Source: a virus. From it: 64,000 nucleotides of DNA. Every line of letters starts with the position of its first letter. Position 1 is the stretch's first letter. This document shows positions 19,048-27,980 of this stretch, piece by piece. Below the pieces are notes generated by a model. That model saw nothing but the letters and a program-made list of their open reading frames with translations. It had not been told where the DNA came from and did not search any database. The stretch spans positions 96,001 through 160,000 of the IMG/VR virus record IMGVR_UViG_3300049137_000157. The stretch is one strand, 5' to 3'. Made by a program: the position numbers and the translations under genes.

Positions 19048-19705
19048 GCGAGGCCGACAGGCCCGTGCCCACCGACTCCATCAGTCGGACCATCTCGGAG
19101 GAGATCAGCTTGCGCATCAGCTTCTCGGCACCCTGCGGGGTGGGCGGGGCCACCACCCGGCCGTCGGACAGCGTCATGCGGATGCAGAAGTGCGAGATCT
19201 GCGCGGCCAGGGTGTACCGGGTCCGCGCGGTCATGTATTCGAGATCGTCCTCGGAGGCGTTCTTGTAGTTCGGGTGGTCGTGGAGGAATTTCCGAGCTGC
19301 CGCCCGGGTCACCTCACCCAGTTCCTCGGACGTCTTGACCTGGAACGTCAGCTTGATGGCCGTGGAGAGGATCTTCACTCGCAGCTCATCCTTGCGCTTC
19401 TGGAGCTGCTCGATCTCGGAGGTGATCGTGTCGCGGTCGTTCAAGTACTGGTCCAGGACCGGGTCGACGAGACCGCTGGCGGGGCTGTTCGACCGGTCGG
19501 ATATGACCTTGTCGAGCTTGTCCAGTTCCTCGACGAGGTCGTCCAGGGTGTCGGACACATCGGCCAGTTCGGCACCGCTGCGCTGGTCGATGTAGGCAAC
19601 GTGATCGAACTCGGGGAAGGTCGACTTTCCTTCGAGGTAGTCCTCGAAATTGAAAGTGTCGGGACCGGGTTCCGGGGACCCGGTGACCGTGGTGTTCTCC
19701 GTCAT
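18905..19705 (-). CDS. Tail assembly chaperone (G-like)
   Basis: Lies between major tail and TMP genes; GGGTTTC slippery-like site at 19021-19015. Confidence 0.75.
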   Translation of the reverse strand: MTENTTVTGSPEPGPDTFNFEDYLEGKSTFPEFDHVAYIDQRSGAELADVSDTLDDLVEELDKLDKVISDRSNSPASGLVDPVLDQYLNDRDTITSEIEQLQKRKDELRVKILSTAIKLTFQVKTSEELGEVTRAAARKFLHDHPNYKNASEDDLEYMTARTRYTLAAQISHFCIRMTLSDGRVVAPPTPQGAEKLMRKLISSEMVRLMESVGTGLSASREWASKLDAGFPGGGSDVEDVKLVEARTEDSQSLGDSPAPDADREAV

Positions 19706-19731
19706 GGAATTTCCCGTTCCTTGGAGGTGGA

Positions 19732-20298
19732 TCAGCTAGCGAGAGCGCCGACCTGAACCAGGCCGTCGGACGAAACGCCCTGGGGGTAGAAAGTCGGCTG
19801 GAGCTGGAGAGGGGCGGACGCGTCGGTGATGACGTTCGGGTCACCGGAAAGGAACTTGAAAACGGTGACCCAGTCACCGTCGACGATGTTCGGGTTCCGG
19901 ACCGGGTGCTTGGAAATCCGCTGCACCAGGTAGCCCTGACGAAGGGGCTTCTTGAACAGACGCATCACATCGTTGTAGATGGACTCGTCCACCTTGTTCG
20001 GGTCCTGGTCGACGAAAATGTTGAGCTGACCCTCATAGTTCTTGGCGGTCGGGTTGGCCACATTCGAGTCGTCACACAAACCACGGGTGTCGTCGGTGTC
20101 ACGCTCCGTCCAGCCGAGCGTGAGATCGGTGGTCAGGGCACACGTGATGTTCAGGCCCGCGTTGATTTCGGCGGCCGTCGGAGCATCGACGTTGACTATC
20201 CCCTCGCCGTAGACCCCCTCGTATCCGAGAGTGGTCTGGTCGCCGTCATCGACCCAGAAGATCGAGATGTTCGGCGGTAGTGCCTTCACTGCTGCCAT
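19732..20298 (-). CDS. Major tail (tube) protein
   Basis: APTAAEINAGLNITC...LC motif of actinophage tube proteins; AAGGAG RBS; position. Confidence 0.85.
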   Translation of the reverse strand: MAAVKALPPNISIFWVDDGDQTTLGYEGVYGEGIVNVDAPTAAEINAGLNITCALTTDLTLGWTERDTDDTRGLCDDSNVANPTAKNYEGQLNIFVDQDPNKVDESIYNDVMRLFKKPLRQGYLVQRISKHPVRNPNIVDGDWVTVFKFLSGDPNVITDASAPLQLQPTFYPQGVSSDGLVQVGALAS

Positions 20299-20349
20299 CG
20301 AGATCTCCTTGCATACGACGTCGTTGATCTCGAAGCTGATATTAACGAC

Positions 20350-20390
20350 GAAAAGGCCCCCTCCGTGAATGTCTTAGAGAGGGCCTTTTC
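20350..20390. terminator. Bidirectional-looking hairpin upstream of major tail gene
   Basis: gaaaaggccc ... gggccttttc. Confidence 0.55.
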
Positions 20391-20452
20391 GTCGAGAAGG
20401 ACGTCAGGCGAAACCCGGTTTCCGAGTTCCCTTATTCAGTTCTTCGAATTAC

Positions 20453-20956
20453 TCAGGAATTACCAGCCGAGATAGGCGGATTCGGTGAAGTGCTGGTCCG
20501 GCCCACCGCGATGACTCCGGTCCACCCGACCGAAAGATAGAACCTGCGAGTGTCGCCGATTCCCACCAGATACGGGTCCCGGACCGTGCCGGAACCGGCC
20601 TCGGTCAGCTCACCCAGGCCCACCGGCTGATACCCGGTCAGCAGATCCCGGACCGCCTGCGCCAACTGAAGAGCCGACAGGCCGGACGGTGCGACGTTCT
20701 GCACAAGGAAGGACGCCTGCTTCACCACGCTGTCACCACCCGTTCCGCAGAGGTCGGTCATCCCGTTCGATCCGCCATAGGTCGCCATGTCGTACGCCTG
20801 GCCGAACCACAGGATCAGAGACGGCTTGAAGAACGCGGACGGGTCCTTGACCACGTCGACGTTCTCGGTGATGCCCTCCAGGTAGACCGGGGTGTTGGGC
20901 AGCCCCTCCTCCAGTCGCCGTTTCACGTCGAGCTGCCAGTCGAGCAGTGTCGGCAT
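20453..20956 (-). CDS. Tail terminator protein (probable)
   Basis: 167 aa directly upstream of the major tail gene. Confidence 0.6.
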   Translation of the reverse strand: MPTLLDWQLDVKRRLEEGLPNTPVYLEGITENVDVVKDPSAFFKPSLILWFGQAYDMATYGGSNGMTDLCGTGGDSVVKQASFLVQNVAPSGLSALQLAQAVRDLLTGYQPVGLGELTEAGSGTVRDPYLVGIGDTRRFYLSVGWTGVIAVGRTSTSPNPPISAGNS

Positions 20957-20968
20957 ACTCTTCCCCTC

Positions 20969-21376
20969 CTACTTGAGCCGGGCCTGAAGCTCGGCGACCA
21001 CCTGCGTGTAGCCGTTCAACACGGCCTTCATCGCGGTGATGCCGTTCTGCGTGCCGAACTCCTGGAAGGGCGCGTAGTAGGGGGCCAGCTCCTCCCAGCC
21101 GAACGTGATCTTCAGGATGTCGGTGCCGAAGTCGCCCGTTCCCGTGACCTGGCGCTTCATCGATCCGGTATCCACACGGGACCGCGCCCGGACAAGACCC
21201 TCGCCACGACGCCGCGCATTCGACATATCCAGCACCAGCCGCTGTCGGGTCTGGTTCAGATGGTTGACCACGAACGCGGACAGCCCCGTGTTCTGAGCGC
21301 TGCGGATGCTCCCGCCCCGGTAGTACCGGTAGGAGCTGCCAAACTGGTAGTTGTACTTGAACTCCACGTACGCCAT
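20969..21376 (-). CDS. HK97 gp10-like tail completion protein
   Basis: RVDTGSMK and YAPFQEFGT motifs. Confidence 0.8.
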   Translation of the reverse strand: MAYVEFKYNYQFGSSYRYYRGGSIRSAQNTGLSAFVVNHLNQTRQRLVLDMSNARRRGEGLVRARSRVDTGSMKRQVTGTGDFGTDILKITFGWEELAPYYAPFQEFGTQNGITAMKAVLNGYTQVVAELQARLK

Positions 21377-21388
21377 GAGGAACGCCTC

Positions 21389-22237
21389 CTAGATCTGGTA
21401 GACGCCCCCCAGTGCGCCGACCTCCAGTGTCGTCGAAAGATTGCTGTTGAGGTCCACGGTTTCATGGTCCTTGTGGGAGACGGCGTGAGCGTTCAGTTCC
21501 CCGGAGGACATGGCCAGAAGACGTTCGGCGCGTTCCACCAATGAACCTCCGGACAGGGGCCGACCCTGCCGGTTGTATCCGTAGAAGCCCGCGTGATAGG
21601 CCCGGGGCCGCGCGGTGTAGACCGTCACGCCACCCACGCCTTCCCTCACCCGGTTGACGAGACCGTCCTGCTCGGCGAACGGGGCGGGGATCGCACTCGA
21701 AGGAAACGTCCGGGTGCAGTAGCCGACCATGTTCCGGAAGTACGCCGGGACCGCGTGCTCCAGGACGAGTTCCACCGCTTTCGGCCTGAGGGATACCCCG
21801 AGAGACTGGTACGAGGGATGCGTGTACGCGGCCCCGTCGTCCATGGCGTTCTGATTCCGGCAGGCACTCACAGCGAAGGCGTCCGGCACCGCCCGGTGCA
21901 TGTCCTCGTGGAACGAGAAGTACGTCGCGGCGACGAAGATGTCCTCCTCGACCACGTGCAGGAGGTCCGGCTTAAAGGTCAGACAGTCCCGCATCCCCGT
22001 CAGCACGTTGTAGGAGTTGCCGTGGAAGCGGTGCGGAGGGACCTGCCGCAGGTGCAGCCCGGCAAAAGCGTCCGAGGAGGCGAACGCCTGAGCCGCCTCC
22101 ACGCACTCGGAACTGCCCGCACGGTCAAGGCTGACCACAACGTGCACGTCCTCGGCTCGGGCGGCCTGAAGGCGCGTCAGGCAGGCGTACAGCATGTCGG
22201 GTCTACGCCAGGCCGGAACGAGGACGACATGCTTCAC
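21389..22237 (-). CDS. Glycosyltransferase, GT-A fold (probable)
   Basis: N-terminal VLVPAWRRPDML, VVVSLD and VVEED (DXD-like) motifs. Confidence 0.7.
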   Translation of the reverse strand: MKHVVLVPAWRRPDMLYACLTRLQAARAEDVHVVVSLDRAGSSECVEAAQAFASSDAFAGLHLRQVPPHRFHGNSYNVLTGMRDCLTFKPDLLHVVEEDIFVAATYFSFHEDMHRAVPDAFAVSACRNQNAMDDGAAYTHPSYQSLGVSLRPKAVELVLEHAVPAYFRNMVGYCTRTFPSSAIPAPFAEQDGLVNRVREGVGGVTVYTARPRAYHAGFYGYNRQGRPLSGGSLVERAERLLAMSSGELNAHAVSHKDHETVDLNSNLSTTLEVGALGGVYQI

Positions 22238-23142
22238 AGCTTCTCCAGCAGTTCGAGGGCCGTGTCCCGGAACGCATGATTGCGGACGAGGAAGTGCCTG
22301 CGGGCAAGACGTCCCATCTCCGAGCGGTCCTCCGGGGCGAGGGACGCAGCCCGGCGTACAGCTTCAGCGATCGAATCGGGGCCCGCCAACAGAAGATGCG
22401 ACTGATGATGCTTGGAGGGGCCTGTCGGGGCGTCTATCAGGAAACCCCAGCCCGGCCGGATGTGCTCGTTCATCGGGGATCCGTTGGTCGTGACGACCAC
22501 GGCCTCCGCCGACATGGCCTCGGTGATGTAGTGGCCCCAGCCCTCCGCCCTCGACGGGCACACGTGGATCTCCGCCTGGTTGATAAGGGTGTCCAGCTCC
22601 TCCACGCTGGGACTCACGACCAGCCGGACTCCGTACGGCACGGGCATGTCGTCCCGGGACACCACCGTGAGCGGGGGCAGATCGGGGTGGGCCCGCCAGG
22701 CTTCGAGGACCTGCATGGTCCCCTTCATGTCGGATTTCCCCCGGATGTGCAGGCACTCCAGACGACGGGGAACGGACCGGTCCATGCGGTCCTTCCCCAG
22801 GAAGCCCGTCATGTACGTCGTCCGGCTGCCGTGCCGGACGCAGGTGTTGTGCGCATCCCAGCCCTTGGCCCAGATCTGATCGAAGGCCGGAATGTAACGG
22901 AGCCACTCGCGGGGGTACCACTCCATGTTCGGAACGAGCACGTTCCGGTGTGCCCGCTTGGCGAGCGTCACGCTGACGAGTTCCAGATGGAACGCCGCGT
23001 CGGCCAGTTCCATCGTGCGCGACTTCCACGGCACAAAGCTGACCTGGTGTCCGGCGCTCTCGAAGAGATCGGTCAGCAGCTCGACATCCAGCGACAAACC
23101 CACCCCGTTGTCGTTGGTGAGCAGGGCTATCTTCAGGCCCAC
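22234..23142 (-). CDS. Glycosyltransferase, GT-B fold (GT4-like)
   Basis: HIRGKSDMKG and VCPSRAEGWGHYITEAMS (E-x7-E signature). Confidence 0.88.
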   Translation of the reverse strand: MGLKIALLTNDNGVGLSLDVELLTDLFESAGHQVSFVPWKSRTMELADAAFHLELVSVTLAKRAHRNVLVPNMEWYPREWLRYIPAFDQIWAKGWDAHNTCVRHGSRTTYMTGFLGKDRMDRSVPRRLECLHIRGKSDMKGTMQVLEAWRAHPDLPPLTVVSRDDMPVPYGVRLVVSPSVEELDTLINQAEIHVCPSRAEGWGHYITEAMSAEAVVVTTNGSPMNEHIRPGWGFLIDAPTGPSKHHQSHLLLAGPDSIAEAVRRAASLAPEDRSEMGRLARRHFLVRNHAFRDTALELLEKL

Positions 23143-23161
23143 GTTCGGGCTCCTCCGTTCG

Positions 23162-23677
23162 CTACGGTCCGTCCGGGCCCGACGAGTAGGGCGGGGGCAG
23201 GGTCTGCGGATGGGCCGCGTCCACGTCGCACAGGAGGTTTCGGATCCAGGCGTTCGACGACATGAGCGGGTTCCTCACATGGAAGATGTAGTTCGTCAGC
23301 TCCATGTCAGGAGGCGCGGACGTGACATGGACAATGTCACCGGCATGGATGGGCGGACATCCCCGGATGGGCACCTGGATGCGGACGGCGTGGACCGTGC
23401 CCATGTCACCTCGGCTGGTCCTCACGCGGGCGCGCCAGTCCTTGTTGTTGGCCACACGGGCTTGCCCCTCGTAGAGGGGGATCAGCTCGGGAAAGGTCGT
23501 CCCTCCCGAGCCGTCAGGAATCGTCAGCATGCCGCTGGCAGGGTCGAATCCGTAGTCGTTTCCGCTACCTGGTCGACGGAGGATTTTGACGATCGCGTTC
23601 ATGTGTCCGATGGGCACCGAACGCTGATGCCACGACCACCGTGGGTCGAGCGCCCTGCGTGAGTTGAGTGCGGCCAT
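23162..23677 (-). CDS. Head-to-tail stopper (DUF6093-like)
   Basis: LYEGQARV and GDIVHVT motifs; position after the adaptor. Confidence 0.65.
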   Translation of the reverse strand: MAALNSRRALDPRWSWHQRSVPIGHMNAIVKILRRPGSGNDYGFDPASGMLTIPDGSGGTTFPELIPLYEGQARVANNKDWRARVRTSRGDMGTVHAVRIQVPIRGCPPIHAGDIVHVTSAPPDMELTNYIFHVRNPLMSSNAWIRNLLCDVDAAHPQTLPPPYSSGPDGP

Positions 23678-23968
23678 GCCGCCTATTGTGCCGTCCGGAA
23701 GGAGAAGAGATCCCTTCGGATTCCTTCAAAGACCCGTCGGAGCCTTTCCGGAGCGCTCGGAGGGGCGTCTCCAGTCTGAGAGAACTCGACTTGTAAGCCG
23801 TCGCAACTGATGACACAGCCGCGACTGGACTCCCTGATGACGATCGGATCGGGGTACGTCTTCTCACCCATGCGGAACCTCATTCACCCGTAGTTCCGAG
23901 AACATACCCTTCTGGGATATTTCTCGTGAGGCTTTGATGCTTCCGATCCCAGATCCCGACGAGAATCA

Positions 23969-24460
23969 TCAGTAGAGCGACGTGAGCCAGCGTCCGATTC
24001 CAAGATTTGAAGCATAGGCCGGATCCACGGGAAACCCCCTGTTCCAGTAGGGGAGAGAGTCGATCGGATGAGGCTGGAAGTCCACGATCGCGAAGCCGCC
24101 GTCGGCCTCCTCGACCCTGTCCGCCTTGTCGTCGAGCTGCTTCGCACCGGCCAGCAGGGCGGTGGTGAGCTTCGCTCCGTCCGTCTGCAAGTCTTCCGTA
24201 CGGATGACCTTCTGGATCAGCCCTTCCGAGACGGCCACGGCCCGCAGGGCGGATGCAGCAGCGCGGTACACCCGAGGAGATCCCTCACCCTCCGCCGTCT
24301 GGTACAGGGCCTCCAGATGCGCGTCGGAGAACATGTACCCGGGGGTCCCCGAGTCCGTGTAATCCACCTGCTCGACATCGGGTATCTGGGCACGGATCTG
24401 ACCTATCGGACTTGACCAGTCCGGAGGGAAAACGTCGGGAGGTGAAGCCGGTGTAGTCAT
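23969..24460 (-). CDS. Head-to-tail adaptor/connector
   Basis: PDWSSPIGQIRAQIPD...FSDAHLEAL...YRAAASAL pattern of actinophage adaptors; start re-chosen at ATG 24460. Confidence 0.75.
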   Translation of the reverse strand: MTTPASPPDVFPPDWSSPIGQIRAQIPDVEQVDYTDSGTPGYMFSDAHLEALYQTAEGEGSPRVYRAAASALRAVAVSEGLIQKVIRTEDLQTDGAKLTTALLAGAKQLDDKADRVEEADGGFAIVDFQPHPIDSLPYWNRGFPVDPAYASNLGIGRWLTSLY

Positions 24461-24509
24461 GCTCAGGAGACTAGCTCGGAAAAGATCCAATGCGGCATAG
24501 CATCAGGAC

Positions 24510-25109
24510 GTGCTCCTTAGCGACTACCACCTGATCGCCGCGATCTCCACGCAGCGCATTTCCGTCGAGCCCTACAGCCCGAGGATGATCCAGCCCGCGT
24601 CCCTCGAAGTGAGTCTCGACCGAAGATTCCTGGTCTTCGACAGCCACCTCTACTCGCACATAGATCCGCAGGAAGAGCAGCCGGATCTGACGCGTCTCGT
24701 GGAGGTGGAGGACGACCAACCGTTCATTCTCCATCCCGGCGAGTTCGTCCTCGGCAGCGTCCTGGAGAAGACGACTCTCGGCAGTGACCTCGCAGCGCGC
24801 GTCGAAGGTAAAAGTTCCTTGGGGCGTCTCGGGCTTGTTGTTCATTCCACGGCGGGATTCATAGACCCGGGGTTCTCCGGTCACATCACGCTGGAGTTGT
24901 CCAACCTCGCCACCCTGCCGATCAAGCTGTGGCCCGGCATGAAGATCGGTCAACTCTGCTTCTTCGAACTGACAGGGCCAGCCGAGTTCCCCTACGGAAG
25001 CCCGGAACGCGGCTCCCACTACCAGGGGCAGTCCGGGCCCACGCCCTCCCGGTCATGGCAACGCTTCTATCGCAGCAAGATCCCGTCATCCGCAACCCGG
25101 CAGAGTTGA
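24510..25109 (+). CDS. dcd: dCTP deaminase
   Basis: [41 protein letters not shown] and YQGQ motifs. Confidence 0.93.
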   Translation: MLLSDYHLIAAISTQRISVEPYSPRMIQPASLEVSLDRRFLVFDSHLYSHIDPQEEQPDLTRLVEVEDDQPFILHPGEFVLGSVLEKTTLGSDLAARVEGKSSLGRLGLVVHSTAGFIDPGFSGHITLELSNLATLPIKLWPGMKIGQLCFFELTGPAEFPYGSPERGSHYQGQSGPTPSRSWQRFYRSKIPSSATRQS

Positions 25110-25282
25110 TTCAGAATCGCTCCAGTGTCAGCGCTGACGGAATTCCGACCGGTCAGGGCCTCTACAGTGGATACCGCCCTTTCGGTGCTGAGGCTCCAAC
25201 CGGATGGCCGTGGCGCGGTCCCGCAGGCGTGATCCCTTTGGCGAGGGTGCGGGACCGCGTTTCACGTTGAAAGGAGCCCTTC

Positions 25283-25408
25283 GTGGCACGCATGCTCGGG
25301 ACTTGGTCGAAGCGCTGGTGCCCCGTCTGTCGAGGACCGGCCGGGATGGACTGCCTGGACACCTCCAGGCCGAAGAAGTCGCAGAGGGCCCGCGAGAACC
25401 GACAGTGA
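25283..25408 (+). CDS. 41-aa Cys-containing small protein (not in ORF track)
   Basis: AAAGGAG RBS, GTG start; MARMLGTWSKRWCPVCRGPAGMDCLDTSRPKKSQRARENRQ. Confidence 0.6.
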   Translation: MARMLGTWSKRWCPVCRGPAGMDCLDTSRPKKSQRARENRQ

Positions 25409-25440
25409 AAGAACGAGTCCAGGATTGGACATTGTCCAAA

Positions 25441-25486
25441 AACAGAACTGCCCCGGACGCGGTGATGCGTCCGGGGCAGTTCTGTT
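25441..25486. terminator. Perfect 20-bp inverted repeat, bidirectional terminator
   Basis: aacagaactgccccggacgc-ggtgat-gcgtccggggcagttctgtt between convergent genes. Confidence 0.8.
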
Positions 25487-25510
25487 CGTCAAGCCATCAC
25501 CGCAAAGCGG

Positions 25511-25888
25511 CTACCGCTTGAGGTGGTACGTGGAGGTGCACGTGCCGTCCTCTCGTAGGATGCTGTTGCAGTCGCCCCATTCGGCAGGTTCCTTGCAGCG
25601 GGGGATCCGCGTGTCACCCAGCGCGCGAAGCGCTTCGGCCAGCCGGTGGGCAGCGTTTATGGCGGCCTGCCACGACTCGTCGGTGAAATGTCCGTAACGC
25701 CGGTAGGAGTCCTTGTGAGCAAGTCGGGCTGCCGCGAACCCCTCCTGCGCGGGGCGGACCTCCGGGTGCAGCCACCCGAAGGCCAGGGTGGCTTCGTCGA
25801 GCATGGACAGGCCGCCTGTGTTGTGCGGGTGACCGTCCATGACCTCCAGGGCTTCTGCCAACTCCCGGGCGCTGCGATCCTTCAGCAC
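25511..25888 (-). CDS. Hypothetical protein
   Basis: GTG start overlapping the upstream stop; C-terminal Cys/His motif. Confidence 0.55.
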   Translation of the reverse strand: MLKDRSARELAEALEVMDGHPHNTGGLSMLDEATLAFGWLHPEVRPAQEGFAAARLAHKDSYRRYGHFTDESWQAAINAAHRLAEALRALGDTRIPRCKEPAEWGDCNSILREDGTCTSTYHLKR

Positions 25889-26112
25889 GCCGACCCCTCT
25901 CCCTTCGATGCCTGGATGATGTCGACCTGCTGCTCCCACGGCAGGTCGTGCAAGAACTGAGCCAAGCCGTAAAGCCTCGACTTGGCGGCACGCGCCTCGA
26001 TCTCGTTGCTGGCAGGCAAGGGGACCCAGGTGGCGGTGCACCACGGGGCACCCATGAAGCAGTGCAGCGCTCCGTGCGAGAAGCACCAGGCGTACTGAAG
26101 CGCCTCGGTCAT
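25882..26112 (-). CDS. Hypothetical protein
   Basis: 76 aa, GAGG RBS, part of a coupled small-gene chain. Confidence 0.6.
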   Translation of the reverse strand: MTEALQYAWCFSHGALHCFMGAPWCTATWVPLPASNEIEARAAKSRLYGLAQFLHDLPWEQQVDIIQASKGEGSAC

Positions 26113-26122
26113 GAACGGTTCC

Positions 26123-26590
26123 TCACTCGTTCGTCAGAGACTGGGTCATCAGGTTCACGGACCGGGTGAGGGGCGGGTAGTCCGCATCCACACCGCCCAC
26201 CGTCGCGTCGACGACCCAGGTCGTCACGGCGTACTCGAAGTCCTGCCGGATCCGGTGGTACTCGCTCACGGCCGAACGGATGTAGTCGACGGCGGCCGAG
26301 CTGTACCGGGTGTACTCGGTGGTGCACGTCAGCATCTCCGCCAGCAGAGCATCGACGGCCTCGTGCCACTCGTTGAGCAGCTTCGCCTGTTCCTTCAGCA
26401 TCAGACGGGTGTTGCCCGGCCCGAACTCACGGGCGTACCACTGGAGGTACGTGAGGTCGAACAGGTCGAAACCGTCACGCAGGCCACCCTTCTCCACCAC
26501 GCCTTCGTAGCGGCCGATCGCCGCCTTCTCTCCGTAGGTGGTGACGGTGAAGATCTCCGCCTTGCTCTCCTGAACCTCTTGCTCACCCAT
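26123..26590 (-). CDS. Hypothetical protein
   Basis: 155 aa, AGGAG RBS, strong GC3 bias. Confidence 0.65.
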   Translation of the reverse strand: MGEQEVQESKAEIFTVTTYGEKAAIGRYEGVVEKGGLRDGFDLFDLTYLQWYAREFGPGNTRLMLKEQAKLLNEWHEAVDALLAEMLTCTTEYTRYSSAAVDYIRSAVSEYHRIRQDFEYAVTTWVVDATVGGVDADYPPLTRSVNLMTQSLTNE

Positions 26591-26618
26591 GTTTCTTCTC
26601 CTTTCAGTCGACGTTGCT

Positions 26619-27353
26619 CTACTTGTCGGACTTCATGTCGGACGGGTACTGCGTGCACATGAAGCACCTGCCGTCGATGGTTCCGGCGTCCGGGTGCCGC
26701 GTGCACTTCTCGTAGAGCCCGAGGTTCTCGGTCTCGATCACAAGCTGAACGAGCGCCTTCTCGTGGGAGCACCCCGTCCCCGCGCACTGACCCCCCTCGC
26801 AGGGCTCGGACGCGGCTGCTTCGACAGGGCCCCGGGTACAGGCGCAGTCGCCAGAACCGGCCTCACCGCTGACGGGTCCCACGCACCCTTCCCACTCGTC
26901 GTGCCAGTCGGCGCGGTGGCCGCAGTACCCGCAGGGCATCTCATCGTTGACCTGCACAGTTGTCGGACGCAGGGCCCTGCCGACTGCGGTGTACAGCGTG
27001 CCCCAGTGGCCACTGTCCGGGTCGTTGCGCTGGATGGCCACGTTCACCCGGCTCATCAGGTCGGCGAACGTGCGGTCGCATCGGTGGCACCACCCGTTGA
27101 ACGCGCAGTGCTGGGTGGTGCGACAGGGCTTCCAGCCGTCCGGCGGCAGAGTTCCGTCAAGGTACGACAGCAGCATGTCGCTGGCGACACCCGCGAGGAG
27201 CGTGGCGTCGGTCTTCTCGCTTGCCGCGTTCTGCCACAGGCGGGCGAGATCCCGCACCCGGTCCAGTCGGGCGATCAGGCCGTCTCGGTCCTTCTCGATC
27301 TCCTGGGCCTTCGCCTTCCAGATGTCGCTTCGGCGCTGCTCCTTGTCAGACAC
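26619..27353 (-). CDS. Hypothetical protein with Cys/His clusters
   Basis: GTG start at 27353 overlaps upstream stop; several CxxC-like motifs. Confidence 0.55.
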   Translation of the reverse strand: MSDKEQRRSDIWKAKAQEIEKDRDGLIARLDRVRDLARLWQNAASEKTDATLLAGVASDMLLSYLDGTLPPDGWKPCRTTQHCAFNGWCHRCDRTFADLMSRVNVAIQRNDPDSGHWGTLYTAVGRALRPTTVQVNDEMPCGYCGHRADWHDEWEGCVGPVSGEAGSGDCACTRGPVEAAASEPCEGGQCAGTGCSHEKALVQLVIETENLGLYEKCTRHPDAGTIDGRCFMCTQYPSDMKSDK

Positions 27354-27561
27354 GGGTTGCTCCTTGTCGCTTGAGGGTGGCGATGCACTTGGTGCAGGTG
27401 ACCGGGTGATCACCGGGCAGCCACGTGTGGTCGATCCCGGGATCCAGCCAGACCAGACAGGCGGTGTTGTGGCCGCCCGCCAGGATGCTTCGGGCTGCAT
27501 GGACGGGGTCCATGCCGGGGTAGCGGACCCTCTCGGGGAATTCGACGGGGGGCAGAACCAT
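27346..27561 (-). CDS. Small Cys/His protein
   Basis: 71 aa with H...C...CxxC; GAGGAG RBS. Confidence 0.55.
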   Translation of the reverse strand: MVLPPVEFPERVRYPGMDPVHAARSILAGGHNTACLVWLDPGIDHTWLPGDHPVTCTKCIATLKRQGATRV

Positions 27562-27627
27562 GGGGGTCTCCTCAGGGTTGAGTGCGTGATTTACCTTCGG
27601 TGATCGCGGCGCAGTAGAAGGCGAACC

Positions 27628-27960
27628 TCAAGGCCCCTCCAGGTCATCCAGTTCACCGGCCAGCACCTTGCGTCCGTTCTTGGTGAGGGTGACCGGCTCG
27701 TGCCAGTCGCTGAACTCGTTTCCGCCGTCGATCCGGGGGCCGTGTTCCACGAGACCCAGCGCGACGAGAGCGGACAGGGTGGGCCGGGGGATGGTGATCC
27801 ACGTGGAGGGGGTCCGCTCCTGCGACGTGTACGACCGGTAGTACGTGTACCGGGTTCGGTCGGTACCGGGGATGTTCTGGTGAATGACGCGATAGTTCCC
27901 GACGGTGCGCAAGGCGTTGAAGCGCGCCACCGTCATCTTCTTCCTTGGAGCGTCGAGCAC
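27628..27960 (-). CDS. Hypothetical protein (winged-helix-like)
   Basis: 110 aa; PTLSALVALGLV and VTLTKNGRKVL patterns. Confidence 0.55.
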   Translation of the reverse strand: MLDAPRKKMTVARFNALRTVGNYRVIHQNIPGTDRTRYTYYRSYTSQERTPSTWITIPRPTLSALVALGLVEHGPRIDGGNEFSDWHEPVTLTKNGRKVLAGELDDLEGP

Positions 27961-27980
27961 GTGTCTTCTCCTTTCGCCCG

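Noticed and set aside
23683-23883. 66-aa ORF between adaptor and stopper
   Set aside because: No clear RBS or codon bias; could be real but unsupported.
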